Assembly (NCBI GenBank): GCA_018821715.1
Contig: JAHJLN010000208.1
Coordinates: 3,863 to 67,862, forward strand
Direction of reading: 5' to 3'
DNA from: Pseudomonadota bacterium
Lineage (GTDB): Bacteria > Desulfobacterota > Desulfobacteria > Desulfobacterales > Desulfobacteraceae
Length of the DNA stretch: 64,000 bases
The notes below the pieces were generated by a model that made no database searches, was not told the DNA's origin, and worked only from the letters and a program-made list of their open reading frames with translations. Shown here piece after piece: positions 48,081 to 58,437 of the stretch. Position 1 is the first letter of the stretch. Every line of letters begins with the position of its first letter. The position numbers were made by a program, and so were the translations under genes.

Positions 48081-51000
48081 TTAGTCCAGTTTTCTGTACA
48101 ACGTCACTTTTTTAAATTCCGGCAGCACATTAAAAAGTGTTTTTAAACTTGATAAATATTCGCTTTTATCAGCTGGTTCCCCATTAATGGTTTCAATGGA
48201 AATATTTTTTAACGGCATAAATTGACGATACAAAAGATGCTTTAACGGTGCCAGATATTCAACAATAAGATCATCATCCGGTTTGGCATGAATTAAAAGT
48301 TCTTTGCCATTCTTATGACACACGAGCATTACCGTCGGCCCTTTAAATACCAGATAAGTATTTGATAATCGCTTGGGGAATTTTTTTTTAACAGCTGGAA
48401 TAGGCAGTCCGCAAACCGAAGCCGGGTCGATTGCATTCATAAAATAAATCCCATCGTCTGAAAATTTGGTTTGTAAAATTCTAAATGCTTTTTGTGACAT
48501 AAATTGAGGACCGGGGATGTCCTTGAAAAAATGGCCCGCTAAAATTTCACCGGTCATTTCCATGATCCTTAACGACCTGAATAGGTTTAACCACCGAAAC
48601 TGGGGGCTTTCCTTAAGTAACAGCTCCCGGAACAAAATCCCATATCGATCCAACAATAATCTTACCCGATCTTTATTGATTTCTTCTCTTTCCAATAAGT
48701 CCTCAGGCACTTCCGGCATCCGTGGTGCAAACCAATACCCTGCCAATGGCAGGGAGCCTTTCCAATGAGAAAAGTTTCTTTTTCTTACCGCCTGCCGTCT
48801 GCCCATTCTGGAGACGGCTTCCGGCTTTGGCATTTCAGGTGGTTTATATTTTGTTTCAATTCCTTTTCTGAGTGCTGAAAACATTTCATTGGATAATTTG
48901 CCCTGCCAGACCTGGTTCCATATTTTTTTTGATAGTTGACCAGAACTTAATTCAGTCAGGTTAAGCAGCCGTGTAAAATCATATCGTGCATCTTGGGAGT
49001 CAAAAAATTTTTCAAGCAAACCGCTTTGGGAGGAATTCCCATCCATAGAGATCTGTTTGTCGTCATGATTCTTTTCATCCAAAGAGCGCCCAAGAAAATC
49101 AAGATCAGACTGAAAGCAGAATGTTACCTTTTTTTTATCTGTTCCATACCAGTGCAAATCGCCTTCCTGCAGTATGGTATCTAAAAAGGACGGTTGGTAA
49201 GGAGAAAGCCTTGCCGGCAGGATATCAGCTTCCCAGGTCTCTGCAGGAAGCGGCAGGCACACTAGTTGTTCCAGGCTCTCAAACAAATCACCAATTCCCT
49301 CACGCTTCCTGGTTAAACCTTGGATATGCGCCAAAAAATGCGGTAAATGTTCTATCCCCAGGGCATTAAAATCCGGTATTGCCCTGGATCGTGAAAGCCG
49401 CATCAGGATTTCAAAATTTTCACTATCGCATAAATCCCGGTCAGGACCATTTTTTACAAGCCTGCCGCTGATAATTTGCCGGTTTTCAATTAAATCTTCA
49501 ATGGCTTGGTTTAAAATGTGTGACTCAATTCCCAACCGGGTTTGGATAAACTCAATGGATCTTGGCCCATAAAATTGAAGCCATTGCCCAAGAATTACAG
49601 ATAACTCTTTCTCTTCATCGCCCTGGCCATTGTCTGATTCCAGTGCAATTTTATGATCAATTTTATGATCAAGGCTTTGGACTGAATAATTTTTGTTCCC
49701 CAAAAATGAAGATACAATCTTTGAAACCATTTCCATTGAAACGATTAAATCCATTTCAATATTTTCTGATTGAACCCTTACAAGCTTTTCTTCAATTTCA
49801 TCCAGAATGTCTTTTCCGTTGCTGTTTTTTTTAATCTGTAAAACAAGGATCTCCCATTCATTTTCAGGGATGGCAATTCTTTCTTTTACCCAATCCAACA
49901 AATCAATAGAAGATTGAGGCGCATATCCCGGCTCAAATCGTTGACACTTTTTCTCAAAAGACAGTATCAGCTCTTTTGAAATTGCAGGACGTAAATTGGG
50001 CGAAAAAAGAAGGTCCTGCACCCAATTATCCCCCAGAGATGATATGTTGGAAGCACCCTGATCATCCTGGTACATATACTGGTTGATCTGGTTCCATGCC
50101 ATGCCGGCAGCAAAGGGGCTTGGTCTTGACGTAAAGGATTGGGACCATCCAATCACACCGGATTCCATTTCATTTAAACGCAGGGTCAATTCAGAAAGAT
50201 CAAACTCATCCTGCAGGCAGGTTCGCCAGGTTTCCAGCAAGATAGGGAAATCTTCATAGGATATAATATTTTCCAGCAGTTTCTTGGATTTAAGCCGGGT
50301 CATCCAAAGGGGCATTCTCTGATTGATTTTATTTCGTATCACCAGCAGGGCTCTCCCTGAACATTCCCTGAAACGGGCAGAGAAAAACCCGGATTTTTCC
50401 AATTGCCGTTTTAATAAGCTTTCAACATTTGTTGAAGTAACAAAGGACAAAATTTCTTCCGGTTCAATCTTATGGGGTAACTGGATCACAATGGCATCAT
50501 TTCCCGGGAACACTTCCGGGATTTCTCCAAATTTTTCTTCCCAGGCTGCTTCCAAAGCAAAAGCATAGGGTCGATTCAGCTGCCCTCCCCATAAGGTATG
50601 GAGCACCAGCATGGAACCAGGACTTCCATCCGGACCTGAACGAACATATTCAAGCAAAATGTGATGCCGGTGGGGAAGGTCAGATCCTGTATCTTCTTTT
50701 TGCCCCTTTAAAAACCGTATCAATTCCCTTGCAGCATTTTCATCCAGATGAAAAATGCTTTCCAGTTCCTTTTCAAATTCAGGTTCCTTAAGACGGTGAT
50801 TAGCATTCTCAAGAAATTCAAGGGTCTGATTTGAAAAATGAGAATCCCGGTTAAATCCTTCTGCAATCCAGAAGGGCGCGTCCATTTGTTGACTGCCGAC
50901 AGGTACTGCAAATACATCATTATGGGTGATTTTAGTGATTTTCCAGTTTTGTGTACCAATGGTTGAGATCTGACCAATTTTAGCTTCCCAGACATATTCT

Positions 51001-52583
51001 TCGTCCAGTTCGCCGATCCTTGCATTGGTTTCATGATGACGCAGTTGAAAATAACCCCGATCCGGAATAGTGCCGCCAGACATATAAAGTGCCAATAACG
51101 CCCCTTTTTTTGCCTGGACCGTGTTGTCCAGACGGTCAATGGATACCCTGGGTTTTAATTCCCGGATACGGCTGTCTGCATAACGTCCTGCCAGCATATT
51201 CAAGACAAGATCATAGTGTTCTCTGGATAAATTTCGATAGGGATAACTGGTTCTTAATTGGGCAAAAAGTTCATCCATATCCCAGATTTCCAACCCTGTC
51301 ATGGAAATCAGGATTTGTGCCAGTACATCCAATGGACATTCCACAGAAATAATGGGTTCAATGTTTTTATCATCTATGGCCTTGGCCAGAACCGCTGCTG
51401 AAATTAAATCCTGGGGATGTGGTGAATAGATGGTGCCACGACTATGAACATTCACAGAATGACCTGCTCTGCCAACCCTTTGAATGGCAGATGAAACTGA
51501 AGATGGTGATTGAATCAAAATCACCTCGTCCAGATTCCCTATATCAATCCCCATCTCTAGAGAACTTGTCGCCACTATGGCTCGAAGCGTACCATTTTTT
51601 AGATTCTGTTCAACATTCTGACGCAATTCCCTGGAAAGCGATCCATGATGAGAGTATGCCAATGGCTGACCTGCCCGGCTGTTAATCTTAAAGGTCATCT
51701 TCTCACAAAGCCTGCGGCTGTTGGTAAAAAAAAGAGTTGAACGGTTTTTTTCCAGGATATCTTTAAACTCATCCGCCAGAGTATCCCATATGGTGGATTC
51801 AACCGGCGCCTCCTCATGTTTAGGAAACCTGACCGCTATGCGATACTTTTTTTGACTGCTTGATTCTATAATTTGAACAGGACGGGCTTCAAATTTGGGG
51901 TCCATAATGCTTCCCTTTATTTTAAACCCGCCCACAAAGCTTGCCACTGCATTTAAATCTTTAAGCGTAGCAGACAAAGAGATTCGCTGAAATTCTCCTG
52001 ACAGCCTTACCAGCCGATCCACAGCTGTAATTAAATGAACGCCGCGCTTATTACCCAGAACCGCATGAATCTCATCCATGATCACTGTTGATAAATGGTA
52101 CAGCATCTCTTTGCCTGTTCGAGAACTGAGCATCAAGTTAAGGCTTTCCGGTGTTGTGATCAATATCTCCGGTGGATGACGCAGCATCTTTCTTCGATCT
52201 TCCTGAGGTGTGTCTCCACTGCGTGTCAACACCCGGATATCAGGAAAAACCTCCCCTTTTTCCTTAAAAATCTGTTGGATTTCGTTCAGGGGCTGGATTA
52301 AATTTCTTTGGATATCATTATTCAATGCTTTCAACGGTGAGATATAAAGAACACTGGTTTGGCCGGAAAGCAGGCCACCGGATACCAGTTGATTAATACT
52401 CCATAAAAAAGCAGTAAGGGTTTTACCACTGCCTGTAGGTGCTGTAATCAGAACATTATTGCCTTTGGCAATAAGCGGCCACGCTTGATCCTGAATATCC
52501 GTCGCCTGCTTGAACTTCTGGGAAAACCATTTTTGAATCAGCGGGTGGAACCCCGGACATAATTTGGAATGCTTTTTTACCAT
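48081..52583 (-). CDS. lhr: Lhr family ATP-dependent helicase (long form)
   Basis: APTGSGKT, YISPLKAL, ITTPESL, DEIH, HHGSLS, SSLEMGID, QRVGRAGH, GTIPDRG, GELDEE; 1500 aa with extended C-terminus. Confidence 0.93.
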   Translation of the reverse strand: MVKKHSKLCPGFHPLIQKWFSQKFKQATDIQDQAWPLIAKGNNVLITAPTGSGKTLTAFLWSINQLVSGGLLSGQTSVLYISPLKALNNDIQRNLIQPLNEIQQIFKEKGEVFPDIRVLTRSGDTPQEDRRKMLRHPPEILITTPESLNLMLSSRTGKEMLYHLSTVIMDEIHAVLGNKRGVHLITAVDRLVRLSGEFQRISLSATLKDLNAVASFVGGFKIKGSIMDPKFEARPVQIIESSSQKKYRIAVRFPKHEEAPVESTIWDTLADEFKDILEKNRSTLFFTNSRRLCEKMTFKINSRAGQPLAYSHHGSLSRELRQNVEQNLKNGTLRAIVATSSLEMGIDIGNLDEVILIQSPSSVSSAIQRVGRAGHSVNVHSRGTIYSPHPQDLISAAVLAKAIDDKNIEPIISVECPLDVLAQILISMTGLEIWDMDELFAQLRTSYPYRNLSREHYDLVLNMLAGRYADSRIRELKPRVSIDRLDNTVQAKKGALLALYMSGGTIPDRGYFQLRHHETNARIGELDEEYVWEAKIGQISTIGTQNWKITKITHNDVFAVPVGSQQMDAPFWIAEGFNRDSHFSNQTLEFLENANHRLKEPEFEKELESIFHLDENAARELIRFLKGQKEDTGSDLPHRHHILLEYVRSGPDGSPGSMLVLHTLWGGQLNRPYAFALEAAWEEKFGEIPEVFPGNDAIVIQLPHKIEPEEILSFVTSTNVESLLKRQLEKSGFFSARFRECSGRALLVIRNKINQRMPLWMTRLKSKKLLENIISYEDFPILLETWRTCLQDEFDLSELTLRLNEMESGVIGWSQSFTSRPSPFAAGMAWNQINQYMYQDDQGASNISSLGDNWVQDLLFSPNLRPAISKELILSFEKKCQRFEPGYAPQSSIDLLDWVKERIAIPENEWEILVLQIKKNSNGKDILDEIEEKLVRVQSENIEMDLIVSMEMVSKIVSSFLGNKNYSVQSLDHKIDHKIALESDNGQGDEEKELSVILGQWLQFYGPRSIEFIQTRLGIESHILNQAIEDLIENRQIISGRLVKNGPDRDLCDSENFEILMRLSRSRAIPDFNALGIEHLPHFLAHIQGLTRKREGIGDLFESLEQLVCLPLPAETWEADILPARLSPYQPSFLDTILQEGDLHWYGTDKKKVTFCFQSDLDFLGRSLDEKNHDDKQISMDGNSSQSGLLEKFFDSQDARYDFTRLLNLTELSSGQLSKKIWNQVWQGKLSNEMFSALRKGIETKYKPPEMPKPEAVSRMGRRQAVRKRNFSHWKGSLPLAGYWFAPRMPEVPEDLLEREEINKDRVRLLLDRYGILFRELLLKESPQFRWLNLFRSLRIMEMTGEILAGHFFKDIPGPQFMSQKAFRILQTKFSDDGIYFMNAIDPASVCGLPIPAVKKKFPKRLSNTYLVFKGPTVMLVCHKNGKELLIHAKPDDDLIVEYLAPLKHLLYRQFMPLKNISIETINGEPADKSEYLSSLKTLFNVLPEFKKVTLYRKLD

Positions 52584-52736
52584 AATTTATTTCAACCATA
52601 TCTGAGATGCATTAACGTATTCTGACCTTTAAGTATATCAATTTGCGACTGAAGTGATCCAGCTCTTTTTTCTTATTCTATGATTTATCTTGACAAGCAT
52701 CCAAAATTATTAATTGCATTTAGTTTAGGAGAAGAA

Positions 52737-53317
52737 ATGAAAAAAAGAAAATGGTTAGGAATTATCACGCTGGCAAGTTTGATTTTGTTTGCATCCTCCT
52801 GTTATGCTGCTGGAGGGCATGGTAAAAAACAGGAAAAGAAAGTGGGCATCCTTTTGATTGCCTTTGGATCAAGTATACCGTCTGCCCAGATTTCTTTTGA
52901 TAACATCGATAAAAAAGTGAAATCGGTTTATCCAAATACAGAGGTCCGCTGGGCTTTTACATCCCATATCATCCGGCCAATGCATTCTATGCTGCCCTGA
53001 TGTTTCAACTGCAGCTAAAAGATCCCAACATATTCATTGGAACGGTTGAAGGTTATCCTGAAATCGACCTGATCCAGGAATTACTGCATAAAAACAAAAT
53101 AAAAAAAGCATATCTAATGCCCTTTATGTCAGTTGCCGGTGATCATGCGATTAATGATATGGCCGGCAAAGAAGAGGATTCATGGAAATCCATCCTTACA
53201 AAAGCAGGGGTTGAATGTATTCCCGTGCTAAAGGGCATGGCCGAATTTGAACCCTTTATCAACATATGGGTTGGACACCTTGCAGGATCCATGGCACATT
53301 TTAATCAAGACAATTAA
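52737..53317 (+). pseudogene. cbiK: Exported sirohydrochlorin cobaltochelatase CbiK remnant, internal deletion with frameshift
   Basis: Signal peptide, GILLIAFGSS...RWAFTSHIIR, then a frame change to HPANAFY...GTVEGYP...PFMSVAGDHA.NDMAG; the central part including the MGHG motif is missing. Confidence 0.85.
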
Positions 53318-53463
53318 ATACAATTTCAAAACGCCGAGATCAGCACAACACCCTTGATGGCAAGCACCACTTTCTGGGAATGTCTTTTCTGAATTCTCTG
53401 TTTTACAATGCTGGCAGATAAGAGTGCAGTTACAGCAGGGGAAAGGCATGAAATGACTGCAAC

Positions 53464-53506
53464 CCTACTGGAAGATGACATGCCAGGCATATTATCTTCC
53501 AGTAGG
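53464..53506. terminator. Long hairpin between convergent cbiK and upp
   Basis: CCTACTGGAAGAT/ATCTTCCAGTAGG perfect 13-bp stem with inner ATGCC/GGCAT. Confidence 0.6.
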
Positions 53507-53523
53507 CTGGAAAAAAGGATGGG

Positions 53524-54150
53524 TTATTTGGTACCAAAAATTTTATCGCCGGCATCCCCAAGGCCCGGCAATATATAACCGACGTCATTGAGACACTCAT
53601 CAACGCTTGCCACATAAATATCCACATCCGGATGCTTTTTTTCTACTCTGGCAATCCCTTCAGGTGCTGCTACCAGAAAAAGGCCTTTTATGATTTTACA
53701 GCCTGCTTCTTTTAAAAGGTCAATGGTGGCAATAAGGGTTCCGCCGGTGGCCAGCATGGGGTCAAGAATCAAGGCAATCCGTTCTTCCATGGAACTGGCT
53801 GTTTTAACATAATACTGTACCGGTTCCAATGTCTTTTCATTTCTGTAAAAACCGACAACACTGACTTTGGCAGAGGGTATCAGGTCAAACACACCGTCCA
53901 TCATTCCAAGCCCGGCACGTAATATGGGAACAACGGTAATTTTTTTCCCTTTAATTCCTTCAATTTCAACTTTTCCGGCCCAGCCCTCAATCACTCTTTT
54001 TTCCGTGGCAAGGTCTTTTGTGGCTTCATAGGTCAAAAGCCTTGCAACTTCAGAAGCAAGATCCCTGAAGTCTTTTGTGCTGATGTCTTTTTGACGCATC
54101 AACCCCAATTTATGCTTTATAAGAGGGTGATCCTCTACAAATACGGTCAT
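53524..54150 (-). CDS. upp: Uracil phosphoribosyltransferase
   Basis: [45 protein letters not shown]. Confidence 0.98.
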   Translation of the reverse strand: MTVFVEDHPLIKHKLGLMRQKDISTKDFRDLASEVARLLTYEATKDLATEKRVIEGWAGKVEIEGIKGKKITVVPILRAGLGMMDGVFDLIPSAKVSVVGFYRNEKTLEPVQYYVKTASSMEERIALILDPMLATGGTLIATIDLLKEAGCKIIKGLFLVAAPEGIARVEKKHPDVDIYVASVDECLNDVGYILPGLGDAGDKIFGTK

Positions 54151-54289
54151 GGTGCCTCCTTTGTGCTGAATATTTTTTATAAAAATTTGTCATTAAGAAA
54201 CTATTAAAATCATCCCGGCTAGTCAAGCAAATAAGTCTTTGGGCAAGTCTTATATTGATATATTTGATTTTTTATGCACAATAGAACGG

Positions 54290-56728
54290 ATGATTCAAAC
54301 ACCTTATATATCGGTTGCCGTAATGCTTCCGATTATGAAGCCATATACTTACAGTGTGCCGGACCATCTTCAGGCGGTTTGTTCTCCGGGGATGCGGGTG
54401 CTGGTTCCGTTTCAAAACCGACGGGTAACCGGATTCGTCCTTGCCGGACAAAAAAGCTGCGAAGGGTTTACGGCAAAAAAAATCCTGGATATATTGGATG
54501 ACCATCCGTTGTTTCCTGAATCTGAAATTTCCTTTTTTAAGTGGATTTCAGATTATTATATTCACCCTTTGGGCGATGTGATCAAGGCCGCCCTTCCTTC
54601 GGGTTTTGACCGCCATGACGTTTCTTGTGTGTTTGTCACAAAAAAAGGGCAGGACAGCTTGAATAAAGGAGGTCTTTCACCAGGGGAAACGCAGGTGCTC
54701 AAGTTTGTTCTGCAGCGCGAATCCTGTACCTTAAAGCAGGTGGTGAAAGCCAGTGCCAATGCCACCATCAATGCCCTGATTCGAAGAATGGAAAAAGAAG
54801 ACCTGATAACGGTTTCAGCTGTATTAAAAAAAGACGGGGCCACCATAAAAAAAGAAAAGTTTATTCTTCCAGGCCATGGACAGAAAACCGCCATCCATAT
54901 GTCAAAAAAACGGGAGAAACTTCTTTTGCTGGTAAAAGAGAAAAAAGAGATTTCCCTGACCGGGTTAAAAGTGCATATTCCCACGGCACCAGCATTAATA
55001 AAGCCTTTGGCTGAAGCAGGCCTGATCAAAATTATTCATCGCCAGGTTTTCAGAGATCCTCTGGGTGATCCTGTAGAGCCGGATACACCGCCAACGTTGA
55101 CAGCACAACAGGCAGCAGTGGTCAAGCGGGTACTGGATCAATCAGGCCAGGGCTTTAGCCCCTATCTTTTGTCCGGCATAACCGGTTCAGGTAAAACAGA
55201 AGTGTATATGTCCCTGGTTTGGGATGCGGTTGAAAAAGGGAAGAACGCCATCGTCCTGGTGCCGGAGATTTCATTGATTTCCCAGACGGAAAGACGGTTC
55301 AGAGCAAGGTTTGGAGAAAAGATTGCCGTGATCCATTCTTCTTTATCCAAAGGTGAACTGTTAGACCAGTGGCGGAAAATCGCTTTAAAGAAAGTGCAGA
55401 TTGTGATCGGGGCAAGATCGGCTGTTTTCGCACCGTTTGAAAATATCGGGGTCATTATTGTGGATGAGGAACATGATACCTCTTACAAGCAGGAAACAGG
55501 CTTAAGATATAATGCAAGGGACCTTGCCGTTGTCCGTGGAAAATTCAATGGTTGCCCGGTGATTTTAGGTTCAGCCACGCCTTCTGTGCAATCCTACCAG
55601 AATGTTGTTTTAAAGCGGTTCGAAGAATTAAAACTTGAAACCCGCATCAACCAGCACCCATTACCAAAGATTACCCTTGTGGACTTAAAAAAATACAAGG
55701 ATGCCCAAGGGAGTGACAGGATCATAACGCCACAGCTTTCAAAAGAGATCCGGCACTGTCTTGATAAAGGAAACCAGGCACTGATTTTCTTGAACAGGCG
55801 GGGGTTTGCAACCTTTCCTGTCTGCAGGGACTGTGGGAAATCCTTGTCCTGTAAATATTGTGATGTCACCATGACCCTCCATAAAGGGAAGAATGTTTAT
55901 CAATGCCATTTTTGCGGGTATGACCGGCCGGTTAACACCAGATGCCCGGAGTGCAACTCGCCGAAAATCAGACCATTGGGGTTTGGTACTGAAAAAGTGG
56001 AATCCATGATGAAAGCCATGTTTCCCGATGCAAGGCTTGTCAGGATGGATCAGGATTCAACCTCCCGGAAAGGCGCCACCATAAAAATATTAAAAAGCAT
56101 CAGAAACCGGAATGTTGATATCATTGTGGGAACCCAGATGCTTGCCAAAGGCCATGATTTTCCCTCCATCACTCTGGTCGGCATTATTTGCGCAGATCTG
56201 TCCTTGAGCCTGCCGGATTTCAGGGCAGGGGAGCGAACTTTTCAGCTTCTTGCCCAGGTGGCCGGCCGTGCGGGAAGAGGGGATACGCCTGGAAAAGTGA
56301 TCATGCAGACCTATAATCCCGAACATTTTATCATTGAGGCTGCCGGAAAACAGGATTTTTTTGAATTTTTTCAAAACGAGGCACCCTTTAGAAAAGCCTT
56401 GATGTATCCACCCTTCTCACGGATGATTCAATTAAAAATATCAGGTAATACCACAGAAAAGGTAAAAGCCTATGCCGTTAATGTGGCAACGGTTCTTAAC
56501 ACATTGCTTGAAACCAAAGAAAACCAACAGGCCAGTGTTCAGATCTTAGGGCCGATTGAGGCGCCCATTCAGAAGATTTCTTCGCAGTTCAGATGGCAGA
56601 TTCTTATTAAAAGCCCCTCTTCTGCGCTGCTGAACCGCCTGGTAACCGAGATGATGGATCATCCGAAAATAACACCCCGGTCAGGGATCAGGCTGACGGT
56701 GGATGTTGACCCCTATCTTTTAATGTAA
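54290..56728 (+). CDS. priA: Primosomal protein N' (replication restart helicase)
   Basis: GITGSGKTEVY, LVPEISL, DEEHD, GSATPS, four CxxC pairs, GTQMLAKGHDF, QVAGRAGR; start uncertain (54239-54324). Confidence 0.96.
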   Translation: MIQTPYISVAVMLPIMKPYTYSVPDHLQAVCSPGMRVLVPFQNRRVTGFVLAGQKSCEGFTAKKILDILDDHPLFPESEISFFKWISDYYIHPLGDVIKAALPSGFDRHDVSCVFVTKKGQDSLNKGGLSPGETQVLKFVLQRESCTLKQVVKASANATINALIRRMEKEDLITVSAVLKKDGATIKKEKFILPGHGQKTAIHMSKKREKLLLLVKEKKEISLTGLKVHIPTAPALIKPLAEAGLIKIIHRQVFRDPLGDPVEPDTPPTLTAQQAAVVKRVLDQSGQGFSPYLLSGITGSGKTEVYMSLVWDAVEKGKNAIVLVPEISLISQTERRFRARFGEKIAVIHSSLSKGELLDQWRKIALKKVQIVIGARSAVFAPFENIGVIIVDEEHDTSYKQETGLRYNARDLAVVRGKFNGCPVILGSATPSVQSYQNVVLKRFEELKLETRINQHPLPKITLVDLKKYKDAQGSDRIITPQLSKEIRHCLDKGNQALIFLNRRGFATFPVCRDCGKSLSCKYCDVTMTLHKGKNVYQCHFCGYDRPVNTRCPECNSPKIRPLGFGTEKVESMMKAMFPDARLVRMDQDSTSRKGATIKILKSIRNRNVDIIVGTQMLAKGHDFPSITLVGIICADLSLSLPDFRAGERTFQLLAQVAGRAGRGDTPGKVIMQTYNPEHFIIEAAGKQDFFEFFQNEAPFRKALMYPPFSRMIQLKISGNTTEKVKAYAVNVATVLNTLLETKENQQASVQILGPIEAPIQKISSQFRWQILIKSPSSALLNRLVTEMMDHPKITPRSGIRLTVDVDPYLLM

Positions 56729-56775
56729 TTAAGACCAGGGCGAGGAATATTTTCAACAAAAGAGGAACCAATCAT

Positions 56776-56807
56776 CTGTCCCATCCCTGATACCAGGGAT
56801 GGGACAG
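56776..56807. terminator. Bidirectional terminator-like hairpin
   Basis: CTGTCCCATCCCTG-ATAC-CAGGGATGGGACAG perfect 14-bp stem between convergent genes. Confidence 0.7.
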
Positions 56808-56816
56808 GGGGATGGA

Positions 56817-57533
56817 TCAGTCGGAATGTCTTGCTTCCTTCAGGCGATGCCAGAAACTTTTGTAAAGAAAACTTTTTTCATCCAGGCCGCAGAGCTGTTC
56901 AAACATGGGTTTCGTCACGGTGAAGGCCAAAATGTCTTCGGGAAGATGCTGCCGCATGGCAATGTCGGTTGCCCCGATCATGGCCAGGGGCCTTTGGAAA
57001 TCCGTGAACAATGCCAGCAGTTGACCGCATCCGGAACCGTACGCAGCTGTGATATGCCCCCGATCCGGGGCTGAATGAAAATATTCCGCCCCAGTGATCA
57101 GAAGGGATAACTGATCCGGGGTGACAAAGAAGGTCACGGTTTTCAGATATTCATAATGATCCTCCCTGAGCTTGGATATGACAATTGCATTGTTTTCCAT
57201 GTGGTAGGGCGGATGATTTTCAAGCCATTGGCACATGGTCTCTTCTGATGCCTTTAACCCCTCCTGACCGGCAAGATACCCGGCCACAGCTTCCGAGGGC
57301 ATGGCAGAAATGCCGCACATCCAGTGGCCGGCGCCCGGGCAGCTGAACGCTGTGCTATTGTCCTTGCTGATCATCGTACTTTTGTTGTCCTGCCAGTCTT
57401 TAAAATCGAAGAAAAGACAATCACTGGGCCGGGTAAACGGGGCAAAGAGATCCGGGTTCGGAAGATCGTAAACCCCTATAGGGGTGTGAGTGATGCCGGC
57501 GGTCCTGAGTAAGGTGTTTGTTTTTTTGTTCAT
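56817..57533 (-). CDS. DUF169 family protein
   Basis: PIGVYD, CPGAG, TPDQLS, YGSGC, IGATDIAMR. Confidence 0.75.
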   Translation of the reverse strand: MNKKTNTLLRTAGITHTPIGVYDLPNPDLFAPFTRPSDCLFFDFKDWQDNKSTMISKDNSTAFSCPGAGHWMCGISAMPSEAVAGYLAGQEGLKASEETMCQWLENHPPYHMENNAIVISKLREDHYEYLKTVTFFVTPDQLSLLITGAEYFHSAPDRGHITAAYGSGCGQLLALFTDFQRPLAMIGATDIAMRQHLPEDILAFTVTKPMFEQLCGLDEKSFLYKSFWHRLKEARHSD

Positions 57534-57630
57534 GGAAGGCTCCTTTATTCTGGTTTACAGCAGGAAAATCCTGCATTGAATTGGAGCTTACCCGAACCGC
57601 GGGGTCAAAAATTGTAAAAACACGACAACT

Positions 57631-58437
57631 TCAGGAAATTTTCATGATCTGCAAGAATGACTGCTGCTCTTTGATGAAAAGGGATGGGGAGGCCCCGGTA
57701 AAGGCTTTGAAATCTTTGATAAAATGGGTTTGATCATAATACTCAAATTCGTGGGCCAGGGTAGTCAGGCTGTCGGGCGGCTGGGTTATCAGCTTGTTGA
57801 GTGCGGTCTGAAACCGCTGTAGCCGCTGGAATTGTTTGGGGCTTGTGCCCACATACCTGTTGAAAAGCCGCTCCAGGGTTCTGGGATGAACCCCGCATTG
57901 ATTGCAGAATTCCCTGATGCCCAGTCCGGCTGAAAAAAAATGGCGCATCAGGCTTTCGGTATCGCTCTGCAGGAAGTTTTCCCGGTCCAGAAGAGAGAGA
58001 AAAAACACCTCCAGCACCTTAAGTTTGTCCAGCAGGTTTTTGGCCTCCTGTAATCTTTCTTCAAGATCCAGAGCCTCCCTGCCCAGGATCTGTTCGAGGC
58101 CGATGGTCGATCCTTTGAATTCAGACACCGGTATCCTGAAAAAGGGGTAAAACCCGGCCGGAAAAAAAGATGCTCCGAAAAGCATGATGCGGCCCTGCTG
58201 TTTCATCACCATATGTTCAGTGGTCAATCCGGAGAAAAAAATCTTACCAGGCGTTGAGTCCCTTTTCCCGCGCCGTTCATAGAAGATTGGAGATGAAAAA
58301 TTAAAGATCAGGTCAATATTGGCCATCGGCAGGATTTTATGATTCATATCAATGTTCCTGAAGCTGTCAGATATCCAGAAATACTTGATCAGGGGCTTAA
58401 GCCCAAGTGACTCAGGGATGAATCTTTTAATCTCCAT
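57631..58437 (-). CDS. AraC family transcriptional regulator
   Basis: RTLERLFNRYVGTSPK...YYDQTHFIKDFKAFTGASP; start ATG 58437 with GGAG RBS. Confidence 0.92.
   Translation of the reverse strand: MEIKRFIPESLGLKPLIKYFWISDSFRNIDMNHKILPMANIDLIFNFSSPIFYERRGKRDSTPGKIFFSGLTTEHMVMKQQGRIMLFGASFFPAGFYPFFRIPVSEFKGSTIGLEQILGREALDLEERLQEAKNLLDKLKVLEVFFLSLLDRENFLQSDTESLMRHFFSAGLGIREFCNQCGVHPRTLERLFNRYVGTSPKQFQRLQRFQTALNKLITQPPDSLTTLAHEFEYYDQTHFIKDFKAFTGASPSLFIKEQQSFLQIMKIS

Noticed and set aside
52960-53010. Programmed frameshift in cbiK
   Set aside because: A large central part of the protein is missing, so a frameshift would not restore it; deletion is the simpler explanation.
53228-53449. Cys-rich minus-strand ORF (CCNCTLICQHC...)
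   Set aside because: It faintly resembles a decayed zinc ribbon, but it overlaps cbiK, lacks an RBS and cannot be supported.
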